Source: an uncultured Treponema sp.
GTDB taxonomy: Bacteria; Spirochaetota; Spirochaetia; Treponematales; Treponemataceae
Length of the DNA: 57,815 bases
Reading direction: 5' to 3'
Assembly: GCA_946537975.1 (NCBI GenBank)
Contig: CAMNGG010000290.1
Coordinates: 1 to 57,815 of the forward strand
Part shown: in pieces, positions 18,103 through 27,136 of the stretch
How positions within the stretch are numbered: position 1 is the first letter of the stretch
Layout of the letters: every line of letters starts with the position of its first letter
Notes under the pieces: model-generated
What the model was told of the DNA's origin: nothing
The model's database searches: none
Seen by the model: only the letters and a program-made list of their open reading frames with translations
Program-made: the position numbers and the translations under genes

Positions 18103-20013
18103 TCATTTTTTATACCAACTACTGCCACCTAAACCAGAAATCAACTTTCTTGCATTTACAGCAGAATCACTTACATCAACTGTAGACGATGAATACGAAG
18201 TATCGTACCAATTCTTTTTATCTAAAAAAATCACATAACTTAAGTTATTGCATTTTTGAAAAGCATAGCCATCTATTCTTTTTACAGATTTAGATAAAGT
18301 TACAGATGTAAGATTGTTACATGCTTCGAAGGCTCTATAATCAATAATCTGTGCATCAATTACAATATCTACCAAACTAGAACAAGAAGAAAAGGCATTA
18401 GAAGAAATAGTTTTTACACCCGACATATTTATCTTACTTAGTGATGAGCACTTTTCAAAAGCGTACTTTCCTATTACATCTACATTAGATAAAAGCAATT
18501 TTTCAAGCCCAGTATAATAAAATGCATTATTACCTATTGTTTTCAAACTCTTTGGAAATGAAATTGCTTTCAAAGCCTCACAATATGCGAATGTATATGC
18601 CCCAATTGTTACTAACCCTTCAGGTAAAACTACCGAAATTAGATTCTTACAATTTTTAAAAACTGAAGTATTTTCTTTTGTCCCACAAATGATATCTAGG
18701 CCTGTTGTCCTTGATAAATCCAGAGTAATATTAGTATTGGCCTTTTCAATTTTTTCAGCTAAACGCATTAATGAATACTGATTTATTTCCCCAGTTACCT
18801 TTACTGTATAACTATCATCAAGATTAGAGAGGTCTAAATTTTGAATAGTATCATCTGTTATTGTCTCCCCATAACTCCACACTGCATAAAGATGCTTTGA
18901 GGTATTATTCTGCAAAGCAAACTTCACAGATTCAGAATCTATATATCTAACCTCACCATTTATTTCTGTAGCCCAGCCTTCAAAGGTGTAGCCGCTACGA
19001 GTAAATCTATTAGTGATTAGTTTCTGGCTCTGGTTATAAAAGAACACCTGATTATAAGTATTGTTGGCTCCATCATTAGAGTTGAAGATTACCATGAAGC
19101 TATCAATATCATAATAAATCCGGATTACAGTTGAACCATCAGCCGCAACCTGTTTCTGTTCAAAATTCTTATAATGATATCCAGAATAGTTCTTAGACTT
19201 CGCTTGAGTAAGAGAACCAGTAGACCCCTGTAAGGCTTCTGAAGCTGCAAGGGTATAGGTCGTAAAATCTTCACTCTGCTTGTAATGCTCAACTGTATAT
19301 GTAATATCCGAACTTGCCTCCCATTTTGCATAAAGGGTGCAATTACCAGATAGAATAAGAGGGAAAGTGACAGGATTTGATAAGTCCTCATCTGAATACC
19401 AGCCTTTTAAGATATAGCCGGTTTTGGTTGATATTGGGGTCTCTAAAATAGAACTTCCACGAATATCAGCAAGCGAACTTCCTCCATTTGTCTCAAACTG
19501 CACTGTGAATATCTGGTCCCATTTTGCGTAAAATACGGTCGCCTCTGTCAGAGTATATGGGAAGGCTGCTGCTTCTCCGGAAAAATCTGGAGTTGTATAC
19601 CAGCCCATAAAGATATTTTCATTTTTGAGAGTGATTGGGGCATCCTTTACTACAGAAGTTTTATAGCCGGCAATTTCTGAGCCGCCGTTGGTTTCAAAAA
19701 GGACCTGATATTTCTGGACCCATTTTGCGTACAGAGTAGTATCTTCCTTAAGTTCATACGGGAAGGTGATTTTGTCGCTAGAGAAATCTGATGAGGTATA
19801 CCAGCCGAGAAACTCTGCATCCTCTTTCTTACAATCAGGAACCTTCGCAATTATATCAGTTCTATAGGCTTCAATTTCTGTTCCGCCGTTTGTTTCAAAG
19901 CTGACTCGGTAAAGCTGAGCTGCATCAATGAACATCAGGTTTTCACAAGACATAAAAGAGAGAGACATTATGATTGAAAAAAAAGCTATAAGAGCTCGTG
20001 ATAAATATTTCAT
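18103..20013 (-). CDS. Surface lipoprotein with InlB B/Listeria-Bacteroides repeats and BspA-type LRR_5 domain
   Basis: Lipobox LSFMSC; repeated V.FETNGGS...F.GWY...TLYAKW; LPEGLVTIGAYTFAYCEALKAISFPKSLKTIGNNAF. Confidence 0.88.
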   Translation of the reverse strand: MKYLSRALIAFFSIIMSLSFMSCENLMFIDAAQLYRVSFETNGGTEIEAYRTDIIAKVPDCKKEDAEFLGWYTSSDFSSDKITFPYELKEDTTLYAKWVQKYQVLFETNGGSEIAGYKTSVVKDAPITLKNENIFMGWYTTPDFSGEAAAFPYTLTEATVFYAKWDQIFTVQFETNGGSSLADIRGSSILETPISTKTGYILKGWYSDEDLSNPVTFPLILSGNCTLYAKWEASSDITYTVEHYKQSEDFTTYTLAASEALQGSTGSLTQAKSKNYSGYHYKNFEQKQVAADGSTVIRIYYDIDSFMVIFNSNDGANNTYNQVFFYNQSQKLITNRFTRSGYTFEGWATEINGEVRYIDSESVKFALQNNTSKHLYAVWSYGETITDDTIQNLDLSNLDDSYTVKVTGEINQYSLMRLAEKIEKANTNITLDLSRTTGLDIICGTKENTSVFKNCKNLISVVLPEGLVTIGAYTFAYCEALKAISFPKSLKTIGNNAFYYTGLEKLLLSNVDVIGKYAFEKCSSLSKINMSGVKTISSNAFSSCSSLVDIVIDAQIIDYRAFEACNNLTSVTLSKSVKRIDGYAFQKCNNLSYVIFLDKKNWYDTSYSSSTVDVSDSAVNARKLISGLGGSSWYKK

Positions 20014-20029
20014 ACCAATACCTCCAGAA

Positions 20030-20944
20030 CTAAAATCTCATTCCTGCGGCAAGACCGACACCGCACATGTAGGGATATCCAAAGCGGATTTCCGGTTCCA
20101 CATAAAAACTTCCTAGCGTAAATCTATAGCCCGCAGCACCGCCTCCGTTAAATACTGTTTTCACTTTTGAATCTATAAGGAGAGAAGAAACTCCAGCCTG
20201 GGCTTCCAGATAGATTCCAGAAACTGGTTCCCCACTAAAGGAAACAATGTAATAGCGTAAAGTGCCTAAAGTTTCGATTGTTAAAATCTGATTCTGTTTT
20301 TCATGATAGTCATAACTCAGAAGGACTTTGGCCCCTATAGAAAACTTTCTCCACAGACTAAAATCAAAAGAAAGACCTGCGGCCGGAGCCACGAACTCGA
20401 TTGAGTTTTTATTTATCTCTCCAATGCCACCAACCGCTACCTTTTTATATGAAGATGCATTTCCCAAAAGCTGAGCTGTTTTCTGCGAATATCCAAACTC
20501 ATAAGTTTTACGAAAAAGATAAGCTCCTGTTTTTACATCCAACATCCGAACCCGTAAAATAAAACCGCTGTTGAATTCTTCAAGCTTTCCAAAAATCGCA
20601 AAGCGGGCTCCAAGCCTTTCTGCAACGGAAAGAATAGTTTTCTCGCTTACAACTCCCGAGTTCTGAAACTTCAATTCCTTCTCTGCAATATCCATATGCT
20701 CGCGGGTAACAAGCTTGAGTAAGCCATCTTCTGCATAAATTGAATCTGCAAGCTGCTCACGAATATAGAGAGTCATCTTCTGAGTTGGGCTTTCAAAATC
20801 ATCAATAACAAGAATTGATTTTGCATCGCATTTCTGAACAATATCTTCTGCCGCCCTCGCAATCACATTATCAATTTTCTCTTTTGCTGATAGAGTAAAA
20901 AAACAAAGCGCACAAATAATAACTAAGACTATTCGTTTGTTCAT
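20030..20944 (-). CDS. Secreted CsgG/FlgO/LpoB-like domain + probable outer-membrane beta-barrel (start at ATG 20944)
   Basis: GGAGGTG RBS; signal peptide; LVTREHMDIAEKELKFQNSGVVSEKT...LGARFAIFG...LRVRMLDVKTG; amphipathic strands ending in RF. Confidence 0.7.
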   Translation of the reverse strand: MNKRIVLVIICALCFFTLSAKEKIDNVIARAAEDIVQKCDAKSILVIDDFESPTQKMTLYIREQLADSIYAEDGLLKLVTREHMDIAEKELKFQNSGVVSEKTILSVAERLGARFAIFGKLEEFNSGFILRVRMLDVKTGAYLFRKTYEFGYSQKTAQLLGNASSYKKVAVGGIGEINKNSIEFVAPAAGLSFDFSLWRKFSIGAKVLLSYDYHEKQNQILTIETLGTLRYYIVSFSGEPVSGIYLEAQAGVSSLLIDSKVKTVFNGGGAAGYRFTLGSFYVEPEIRFGYPYMCGVGLAAGMRF

Positions 20945-20957
20945 AAGCACCTCCAGA

Positions 20958-21929
20958 TTACTCAAAACACTCTTTGACAAAGCTTTCTTCAAGCAATTCT
21001 TCCAGGCGGAAAATTGCACTTCTTTGCATACTTTCCTGGTTATATGCTGCCACCTTCTCACATTCTCCGTTGAAAGAAGCAAAGGTCTGCCCATTTCCTG
21101 TAATAAGGATTTTGATATTTGGATAAGCCGAATAAACCTCATTCAGTTTTGCTTCATTCCAGTTCACAGTAGCCGAAAGCTGATAGCGACCGTCAGGAGA
21201 AATCAGAAAGCCCTTTTGCATTAACAATTCAGATATCTTGCTATAGATTGAATTTCCCTTGTCCCCAGCAACCTTTACCTGAATTGCTGTAGAAGACTTC
21301 AGAAGCATCAGTTCGTTCATATAGCCATCCATTTTTCTGATAAAGGCTTCAAATTGCTGGCCGCGTTTTGGAAATAAGACGACTGCCTTCTCATAAAACC
21401 CGGAATACTCAGAATAAAGGGGCCTGACTTTAGTAAGAAGCAGCAGTTTCTTGAAATGCTCCTTTTCGTTATCTGCCAGTTTTGAAAGCTTATTGCATTT
21501 GTCTTCAAGACCCTTCATTTTCTGAGTGATAAGGTCCCAGGCTTCTTTGCGATCTATGAAAGCACAAACGAATACCTTCTTTGATTTTGGATCTGTCCAG
21601 GCTGCTGTATATCTGACACAAAAAAGCTCCGTATCAGAATGAACAATTACTTTTTCCCGCAAATCAGAGCTTGTTACATTGCCAGCTCCTGCCTGACGGA
21701 TTTTCTGATAGCTTTCTGACTCGGCAATAATTGTCTGAGAAAAATATCCACTTAATTCAGCAAGCGCAGACTTTTTGGCAGCCGATTCTGTTGTACCTTC
21801 CCCAATGGCCCGTACATATTTTTCTGATGGAAACTGCTTTTCAAGATTCAGCTTCCAGGCAGGAGCAGCCGCATAGCAAAGAGCTGAATACAAAATGTTT
21901 AGAATTATAAGATAAATCGTCTTTCTCAT
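20958..21929 (-). CDS. LPP20-domain secreted protein
   Basis: Signal peptide; PAW...YVRAIGEGTTESAAKKSALAELSGYF. Confidence 0.7.
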   Translation of the reverse strand: MRKTIYLIILNILYSALCYAAAPAWKLNLEKQFPSEKYVRAIGEGTTESAAKKSALAELSGYFSQTIIAESESYQKIRQAGAGNVTSSDLREKVIVHSDTELFCVRYTAAWTDPKSKKVFVCAFIDRKEAWDLITQKMKGLEDKCNKLSKLADNEKEHFKKLLLLTKVRPLYSEYSGFYEKAVVLFPKRGQQFEAFIRKMDGYMNELMLLKSSTAIQVKVAGDKGNSIYSKISELLMQKGFLISPDGRYQLSATVNWNEAKLNEVYSAYPNIKILITGNGQTFASFNGECEKVAAYNQESMQRSAIFRLEELLEESFVKECFE

Positions 21930-21946
21930 ATTCCGCCTCCTGCTAT

Positions 21947-21974
21947 GGATTCCCCGGTCAAGTCGGGGAATGAC
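21947..21974. repeat. REP-like intergenic palindrome
   Basis: ATTCCCCG-gtcaagt-CGGGGAAT followed by GAC (minus strand GTCATTCCCCGACTTGACCGGGGAATCC). Confidence 0.55.
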
Positions 21975-21983
21975 AAGATTGTT

Positions 21984-22622
21984 TTATTCCTTTCCCAGAA
22001 CCATTGTGTAATTCATCAGATACTGGATTAAATCATCAACTACCTTGTCATCCTCCCCATTAAAGGCCTTCTTAATCTGCTTCTGATACAAATCCTCATC
22101 GAGAGAATAAACCACAAGGTATGTGTATTTTGGCTCACGACCAGCCTTCTTATCAGCCTTTGTAATTCCACGGAACCACCAGTCAGCTTCTTTATTGAGG
22201 CCGGAAACTGTAATAGCAGAAGCACGGGCAGAATATCTTTCAACAGTCTCTTCTACATCACCTTCATCACCAACCAGATGCGCTCCGACAAAATCAGAAA
22301 TGCCCTGCTTGATGGACGCTGAAATCTGAGCTCGAGCTTCAACCTGATCAGCCCAGTTAGAAACGAAATCCAGATTTTCACCCTGCTTTGTTACTACCCA
22401 AACATGTTTATCAATACCGAGAGCTTTTTGAAGAGCCTTCTGATTTGAAGTAAAAAGCACCTCCTGTACCCAATCCGGCTGAGCGATACCAAAAGCAGTT
22501 CCCTTATGCTCAATAATTTCAGTTGGACCTGATACATCTTTCATTTTTGGAGCACTAGCGCATCCTACAAAAGCAAAAACTCCAACCATACACATTGCGA
22601 AAAAGCTAATAATCTTTTTCAT
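21984..22622 (-). CDS. Lipoprotein (LPP20-like), first gene of the operon
   Basis: GAGGAGG RBS; lipobox FVGC; IIEHKG...QPDWV. Confidence 0.75.
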   Translation of the reverse strand: MKKIISFFAMCMVGVFAFVGCASAPKMKDVSGPTEIIEHKGTAFGIAQPDWVQEVLFTSNQKALQKALGIDKHVWVVTKQGENLDFVSNWADQVEARAQISASIKQGISDFVGAHLVGDEGDVEETVERYSARASAITVSGLNKEADWWFRGITKADKKAGREPKYTYLVVYSLDEDLYQKQIKKAFNGEDDKVVDDLIQYLMNYTMVLGKE

Positions 22623-22653
22623 AGCGATTCCTCCTCGAATTGAATCTATTGCT

Positions 22654-22688
22654 AATATATTGTCAAGCTATTCCCAAGTCACGGGAAT
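22654..22688 (-). promoter_or_regulatory. Class II palindrome-N10-(-10) promoter for the lipoprotein operon
   Basis: Minus strand ATTCCC-gtgactt-GGGAAT-agcttgacaa-TATATT. Confidence 0.72.
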
Positions 22689-22698
22689 GGCTTGATTA

Positions 22699-24012
22699 TT
22701 ATTCATTATTTTTTCTTAATAATCTCAGAGCCTTGGCTTCAATTTTGCGGATTTCATTTCGTGTCAGATTAAAATAGTTGCCAACCTCTTCAAGAGTATG
22801 GCTGCCTTCTTCTCTCAAGCCAAAGCGCATAGACATAACCTTTTGCTCATGTGGTTCTAAAGATTCAAGAATCTGATTTAAATTTTTCTGAAGCTTTATG
22901 AAATCTTCATTTGAAATTTTCTGGGTTTTTGAAGTTCCTGCTTCACTTGTATGTTCGGAAGTTGCTTCAACATTTTCCTCAATTGTTCCAAACACATGCA
23001 GTGAGATATTCAGCTTCCTGATAGCAATAGACATTTCCATATCAGAAACAACATGAACATTCTTCATACCAATAACGTTTATATATTTTTGGACACTGTG
23101 GCGAAGCGGTTCTACGCAAAGAATAACCGGAGAAAAGCCTTGATCTGATATTGTACCCAGCTTCGAAATAAGTTCATTTTCAAACCATTTTCTCATAACT
23201 GGCTCTAAGACTAAATCTCCATTTCCTGTAATATGATCAAACAAGTATTCAGATAATTTTTGAGAGAACATAAGAACCATGATTCCGTTATTCACATCAC
23301 CAAGAGACTCAATTACATCAGGAATAATTGTGCATCTGACTTTGTTTATAAGCTCTGGTATTTTTACCCTGTCATATTTTGGTTCATTGGCAATAACATC
23401 CAGAATTAAAAGAATATTGCTGATTCTTATCCCTTCATCTAGAAGAGAAGAAAGTACCAGCTTTACAAGCGTGAGAATTACAACTCCATATTTTTTTACC
23501 AGCTGAATGCAGAGAAAGTTATTTTCTTTTAAGACTTCATCCAAAAGCTCTCCAACATATTGGCTTGTAATTACTGAAGAAAGATTGTTTCTGATTTTTT
23601 CTTTCAAATGATTCATAATAATTTTCTGTGATGTTAGAATCAGATATCCATTCTTTTCAGCCTCACTCTTTTTAGACTTTTCAATCCATAAAGCTGGAGC
23701 GCCAAAAGCAGGCTCAATCACAGGCTTACCCTTCATTTCTTTTTTTACAGATCCAGTATCAACAATCAAAATAGAATCAGATTGAAATTCAAATCTTCCA
23801 GCCTCATAGCCGTTTACTTTTATCACATATTCAAGAGGCTTTAGTTTTATGTCATCTATTACATGAACCTTGGGAATTACAACTCCATAGCGTTCAAAAA
23901 ATTCTTTACGAAGAGATTGAATTGATTTTATCAGTTCATAAATCCATTCTTCTGAACACAAATCAATTCCAAGCTCGAGAGAAAATAAATCTGTTTTTCT
24001 GTATTTTTCCAT
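22699..24012 (-). CDS. FlhA/FHIPEP cytoplasmic domain (no TM region) fused to a sigma70 region-4 domain (start at ATG 24012)
   Basis: LELGIDL...LRKEFFERYGVVIPKVHVIDD...IEPAFGAPALWI...LLDEGIRISN...PVILCVEPLR (FlhA_C); LESLEPHEQKVMSMRFGL...HTLEEVGNYFNLTRNEIRKIEAKALRLLR (sigma r4); GAGGAG RBS. Confidence 0.85.
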   Translation of the reverse strand: MEKYRKTDLFSLELGIDLCSEEWIYELIKSIQSLRKEFFERYGVVIPKVHVIDDIKLKPLEYVIKVNGYEAGRFEFQSDSILIVDTGSVKKEMKGKPVIEPAFGAPALWIEKSKKSEAEKNGYLILTSQKIIMNHLKEKIRNNLSSVITSQYVGELLDEVLKENNFLCIQLVKKYGVVILTLVKLVLSSLLDEGIRISNILLILDVIANEPKYDRVKIPELINKVRCTIIPDVIESLGDVNNGIMVLMFSQKLSEYLFDHITGNGDLVLEPVMRKWFENELISKLGTISDQGFSPVILCVEPLRHSVQKYINVIGMKNVHVVSDMEMSIAIRKLNISLHVFGTIEENVEATSEHTSEAGTSKTQKISNEDFIKLQKNLNQILESLEPHEQKVMSMRFGLREEGSHTLEEVGNYFNLTRNEIRKIEAKALRLLRKNNE

Positions 24013-24071
24013 AGCTACCACTCCTCTAAATCCCTTTCCACAAAAGTTGACTTTTCCGCCTGATGATATAG

Positions 24072-24122
24072 AATATACAAAAGAGCCATTCCCAATGCAC
24101 GGGAATGAAAATAAAATATAAT
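24072..24122. promoter_or_regulatory. Bidirectional class II promoter/operator between the FlhA_C-sigma4 gene and the WYL gene
   Basis: ATTCCC-aatgcac-GGGAAT (24088-24106); plus strand N10 then TATAAT (24117); minus strand N10 then TATATT (24077-24072). Confidence 0.78.
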
Positions 24123-24141
24123 CACGGTAGCGAGGCGAAAA

Positions 24142-25158
24142 ATGGCAGTAGACTTCACCGAAAAAGCAAAACGTTTTCAGGCAATAGACGAAATCATCGC
24201 TTCTGGCAGAAAGCTCAAGTGGAGCGAGATAATTAAGGAGATGGGAGAAAAATATGCGCTCAAAACAAGCCGGAGCGCTTTCTTTCGTGATATTGAAGAG
24301 CTCGTAGAAAAATACCGAGCCCCGATTGATACCGATTTTGAAACAAGCGGATATTTTTATACAGATCCAAAATATCGCCTGCCAAGATTTTATACAGATG
24401 AAAATGCGGCAAAAGCGGCAAAGTTAATCAAAACGCTTATGGATATGGTTAAGGGAAATCCAATGTATAAAGAAGCCCAGGAGGTCTTTGAATCTCTTTC
24501 AATTGAAAATCATGATTTTACATATGACAATATCAAAATAAATAAGAAACCAGATAACGATCGAATCGTTTTCGTTGGTGCTCCAAACAAGGAAATACCG
24601 GCCGATACCTGGCGAATCATTGATAAAGCTTTACGAGAAAATCGAGTAATAACTTTTGATTACATTTCAAATGCAGATCCAGTTTCAAAGTTCAGACAGG
24701 TTCAGCCCTGGCAGCTGATTTTTGATGATGGCAACTGGAACCTTCACGGCCTTGATGTAGTAAAAAATGCACCCCGCAGATATTCTCTTGAGAAAATTAA
24801 AAATCTGGAAATAACAAAAGATGTTTTCCGGCTTCCAAAAAATTACGATTTCAGGACTATGACCCTTGGTTCTTTTGGTTGTATGAGTGATGAAAAATAT
24901 CTAGATTACAAGATTCATCTTCACGGCTATGCAGCGCGCTATGCCCGAGGAAAAGTCTGGGGCGAAAACCAGAAAATAACAGCAGACAAAAAACATCCAG
25001 AGGATGGCGGTATTATCCTAAGCTTCAGAACCAATCAGCTCCTCTGCGTCCAGCGCTGGGTCTGGAAATGGGCCGACGAAGCCTGGCCGATTGAGCCCAA
25101 GGAACTGGTGGAGGATTGGAAGGAGAAATTGAAGAGGGTGAATGAGATAAAGTTTTAA
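24142..25158 (+). CDS. WYL-domain transcriptional regulator (wHTH-WYL-WCX)
   Basis: SRSAFFRDIEEL...APID...GYFY; RQVQPWQLIFDDGNWNLHG...RRYSLEKI; WPIEPKELVE. Confidence 0.9.
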   Translation: MAVDFTEKAKRFQAIDEIIASGRKLKWSEIIKEMGEKYALKTSRSAFFRDIEELVEKYRAPIDTDFETSGYFYTDPKYRLPRFYTDENAAKAAKLIKTLMDMVKGNPMYKEAQEVFESLSIENHDFTYDNIKINKKPDNDRIVFVGAPNKEIPADTWRIIDKALRENRVITFDYISNADPVSKFRQVQPWQLIFDDGNWNLHGLDVVKNAPRRYSLEKIKNLEITKDVFRLPKNYDFRTMTLGSFGCMSDEKYLDYKIHLHGYAARYARGKVWGENQKITADKKHPEDGGIILSFRTNQLLCVQRWVWKWADEAWPIEPKELVEDWKEKLKRVNEIKF

Positions 25159-26978
25159 CAGTCCAACCATTCCCAGTCAATTAGTCGTTCGTTATCTTTT
25201 TTGTACACTAATATTTTTACATCTTTATTTGCCCATGGTAAATTTTGATTTCGCTTTCCTTTTTCCTGCGCAAGAATAAATGTAGAATCTTGTTTTATAA
25301 ATTTACAATCTCCCTTTTCTGGAGAAATACTTCTTTGTGCAATAAATTCTTCTATGACTACTTTATTATCATATTCATTTTTTTTATTAATATCGGTATT
25401 TTCTTTCTTCTCATTTTCCTCATTAATATATATTAGCCAGTCATGTTTATACTTATGAACATATTTTGCTCTAACTGTCTTTCCAATTTCATCTACCCAA
25501 TTATGTCCTCCGTACAAACAAATATTATCAATAAAAACACCATTATCAGTTACTATTAATTGCATATTATGTCTCCATTTCTTTTCAATTGAGAAAGGGG
25601 GCATGCCTTTTACACTTTTTATTGTAAACAAATTATTTTGTAGATTTTTTGCTCTTTGAATTTTTTCTTGGAAAACTGATTTTTTCTTATTAAGTATATC
25701 TGAAAATAATTGATATGAATAAATGTCTATACAGGATTTCAATTGTTGTAATATTTCATCTTGCATCTCTTCATCAATTATCATGTCAAAAGCTATCTTT
25801 AGACAGTATTGGGCAGGAACATTTTTTTGTTCAGCAGCTTTTTCCCACCAGTCTTTTGCCTTAATATCATTAATTCCTATGCTAACACCGCAATAACAAA
25901 ATAAGCCTGTATAAAATTGAGAATCTGGATTACCCTCTTTTGCAGAAAGTCTGAACCAATAATATGATTTATCTAAATCTTGTTCCGTATTTTTTCCATC
26001 TAAATAAATATGACCAAGCAGATTTTGTTTTTCATCATTACCTTTTCTAGCAGCTTTCTCAAACCAGTTGATAGCACTTAGATAATTTCCATTGTTAAAA
26101 TATATTTCACCAATTCTTAATTGAGCTTCTGTACAACCTGCTCCTGCAGCTTTTTCATAGCAGAATGCTGCTTTTTCAATATCTTTAATACCAGATTTTT
26201 CATCATCAAAAAGTTTTGCAATTACTAATAATAATGGAGAATCACGGTATGAATATTCAGCAGTCATATAATACCAATAAGCCGCTTTTTTATAGTCTTT
26301 TAGTCCATAGGATTCATTATAATAAAGACTTGCAAGCTTCAGAGATATCTCAGCATCTCTTGTATTTTCCATGGATTTTTCATACCAGTAAACAGCTTCT
26401 TTATAATTTCTTAATTCAGTGATTTCTTTAAGATAAATATCTCCTAGTCTTTTTGAAGCATTTGAATCGCCAAGCTCAGCAGCTTTTTTAAAATACCTAA
26501 TAGCCTTTTGTAAATCCTTTTTTATACCATCTCCAGTATAATTCATTTTTCCAATTTTATATGCTGAATATGTATTTCCTTGTTCTGCTGCCTTTTCAAA
26601 AAAGACGGCTGCTTTTTGATTGTTTGATTCATTATAAAATATTCGAGCCAGTTGAAAAGAAGCTTCAGCAATTCCTTGATTTGAAGCTTGGCTGTACCAT
26701 TTAATTGCAGTTTCCGTTAATTCAAAGTTCAAAAAATAAATATTAGCTAATTGAAATTGTGCATCGGCATTTCCTGCCTTTGCGGCTTTTTCATACCAAA
26801 CAATAGCATTATCTAAATCTGGATCAGTACCTTTTCCGGAAGCATACATATGACCAAGTTTATTTTGTGCCTCAATGTCTCCTTCTGATGCAGCCTTATT
26901 ATACCAGAAGAAGGCTTCCTTATAATTTTGAAGATCATAGGATTCATTTCCAAGTATCAGATATTTATTGTCTGCCAT
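25155..26978 (-). CDS. Sel1-like repeat protein
   Basis: Multiple A..WY.KAA..G...AQ..LG..Y..G.G repeats plus an uncharacterised C-terminal domain; low GC. Confidence 0.88.
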   Translation of the reverse strand: MADNKYLILGNESYDLQNYKEAFFWYNKAASEGDIEAQNKLGHMYASGKGTDPDLDNAIVWYEKAAKAGNADAQFQLANIYFLNFELTETAIKWYSQASNQGIAEASFQLARIFYNESNNQKAAVFFEKAAEQGNTYSAYKIGKMNYTGDGIKKDLQKAIRYFKKAAELGDSNASKRLGDIYLKEITELRNYKEAVYWYEKSMENTRDAEISLKLASLYYNESYGLKDYKKAAYWYYMTAEYSYRDSPLLLVIAKLFDDEKSGIKDIEKAAFCYEKAAGAGCTEAQLRIGEIYFNNGNYLSAINWFEKAARKGNDEKQNLLGHIYLDGKNTEQDLDKSYYWFRLSAKEGNPDSQFYTGLFCYCGVSIGINDIKAKDWWEKAAEQKNVPAQYCLKIAFDMIIDEEMQDEILQQLKSCIDIYSYQLFSDILNKKKSVFQEKIQRAKNLQNNLFTIKSVKGMPPFSIEKKWRHNMQLIVTDNGVFIDNICLYGGHNWVDEIGKTVRAKYVHKYKHDWLIYINEENEKKENTDINKKNEYDNKVVIEEFIAQRSISPEKGDCKFIKQDSTFILAQEKGKRNQNLPWANKDVKILVYKKDNERLIDWEWLDC

Positions 26979-27071
26979 TTTCTATACTTCTTGTTTCTCT
27001 GATTTTTTAGTAATTATACTATCACAATAGCATATCATCAAATTTTCGAAATAAAACAATCAAATTTCACA

Positions 27072-27104
27072 GTGTCAATTTTTGGCACCCTTGCAGTTTA
27101 TACT
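27072..27104 (+). promoter_or_regulatory. Class I promoter for exonuclease copy 2
   Basis: GTGTCA-atttt-TGGCAC-ccttgcagtt-TATACT. Confidence 0.7.
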
Positions 27105-27136
27105 GTTATTAATAAAGCTGAAAAGGGGGCTTTTTT

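Noticed and set aside
22661-22666. TTGACA (minus strand) as the -35 of the lipoprotein operon
   Set aside because: Only 1 nt from the TATATT hexamer used in the N10 model, and no good -10 lies 17 nt downstream of it.
22699-24012. Calling this gene flhA or rpoD
   Set aside because: It lacks the FlhA transmembrane domain and sigma regions 1-3, so neither symbol is justified.
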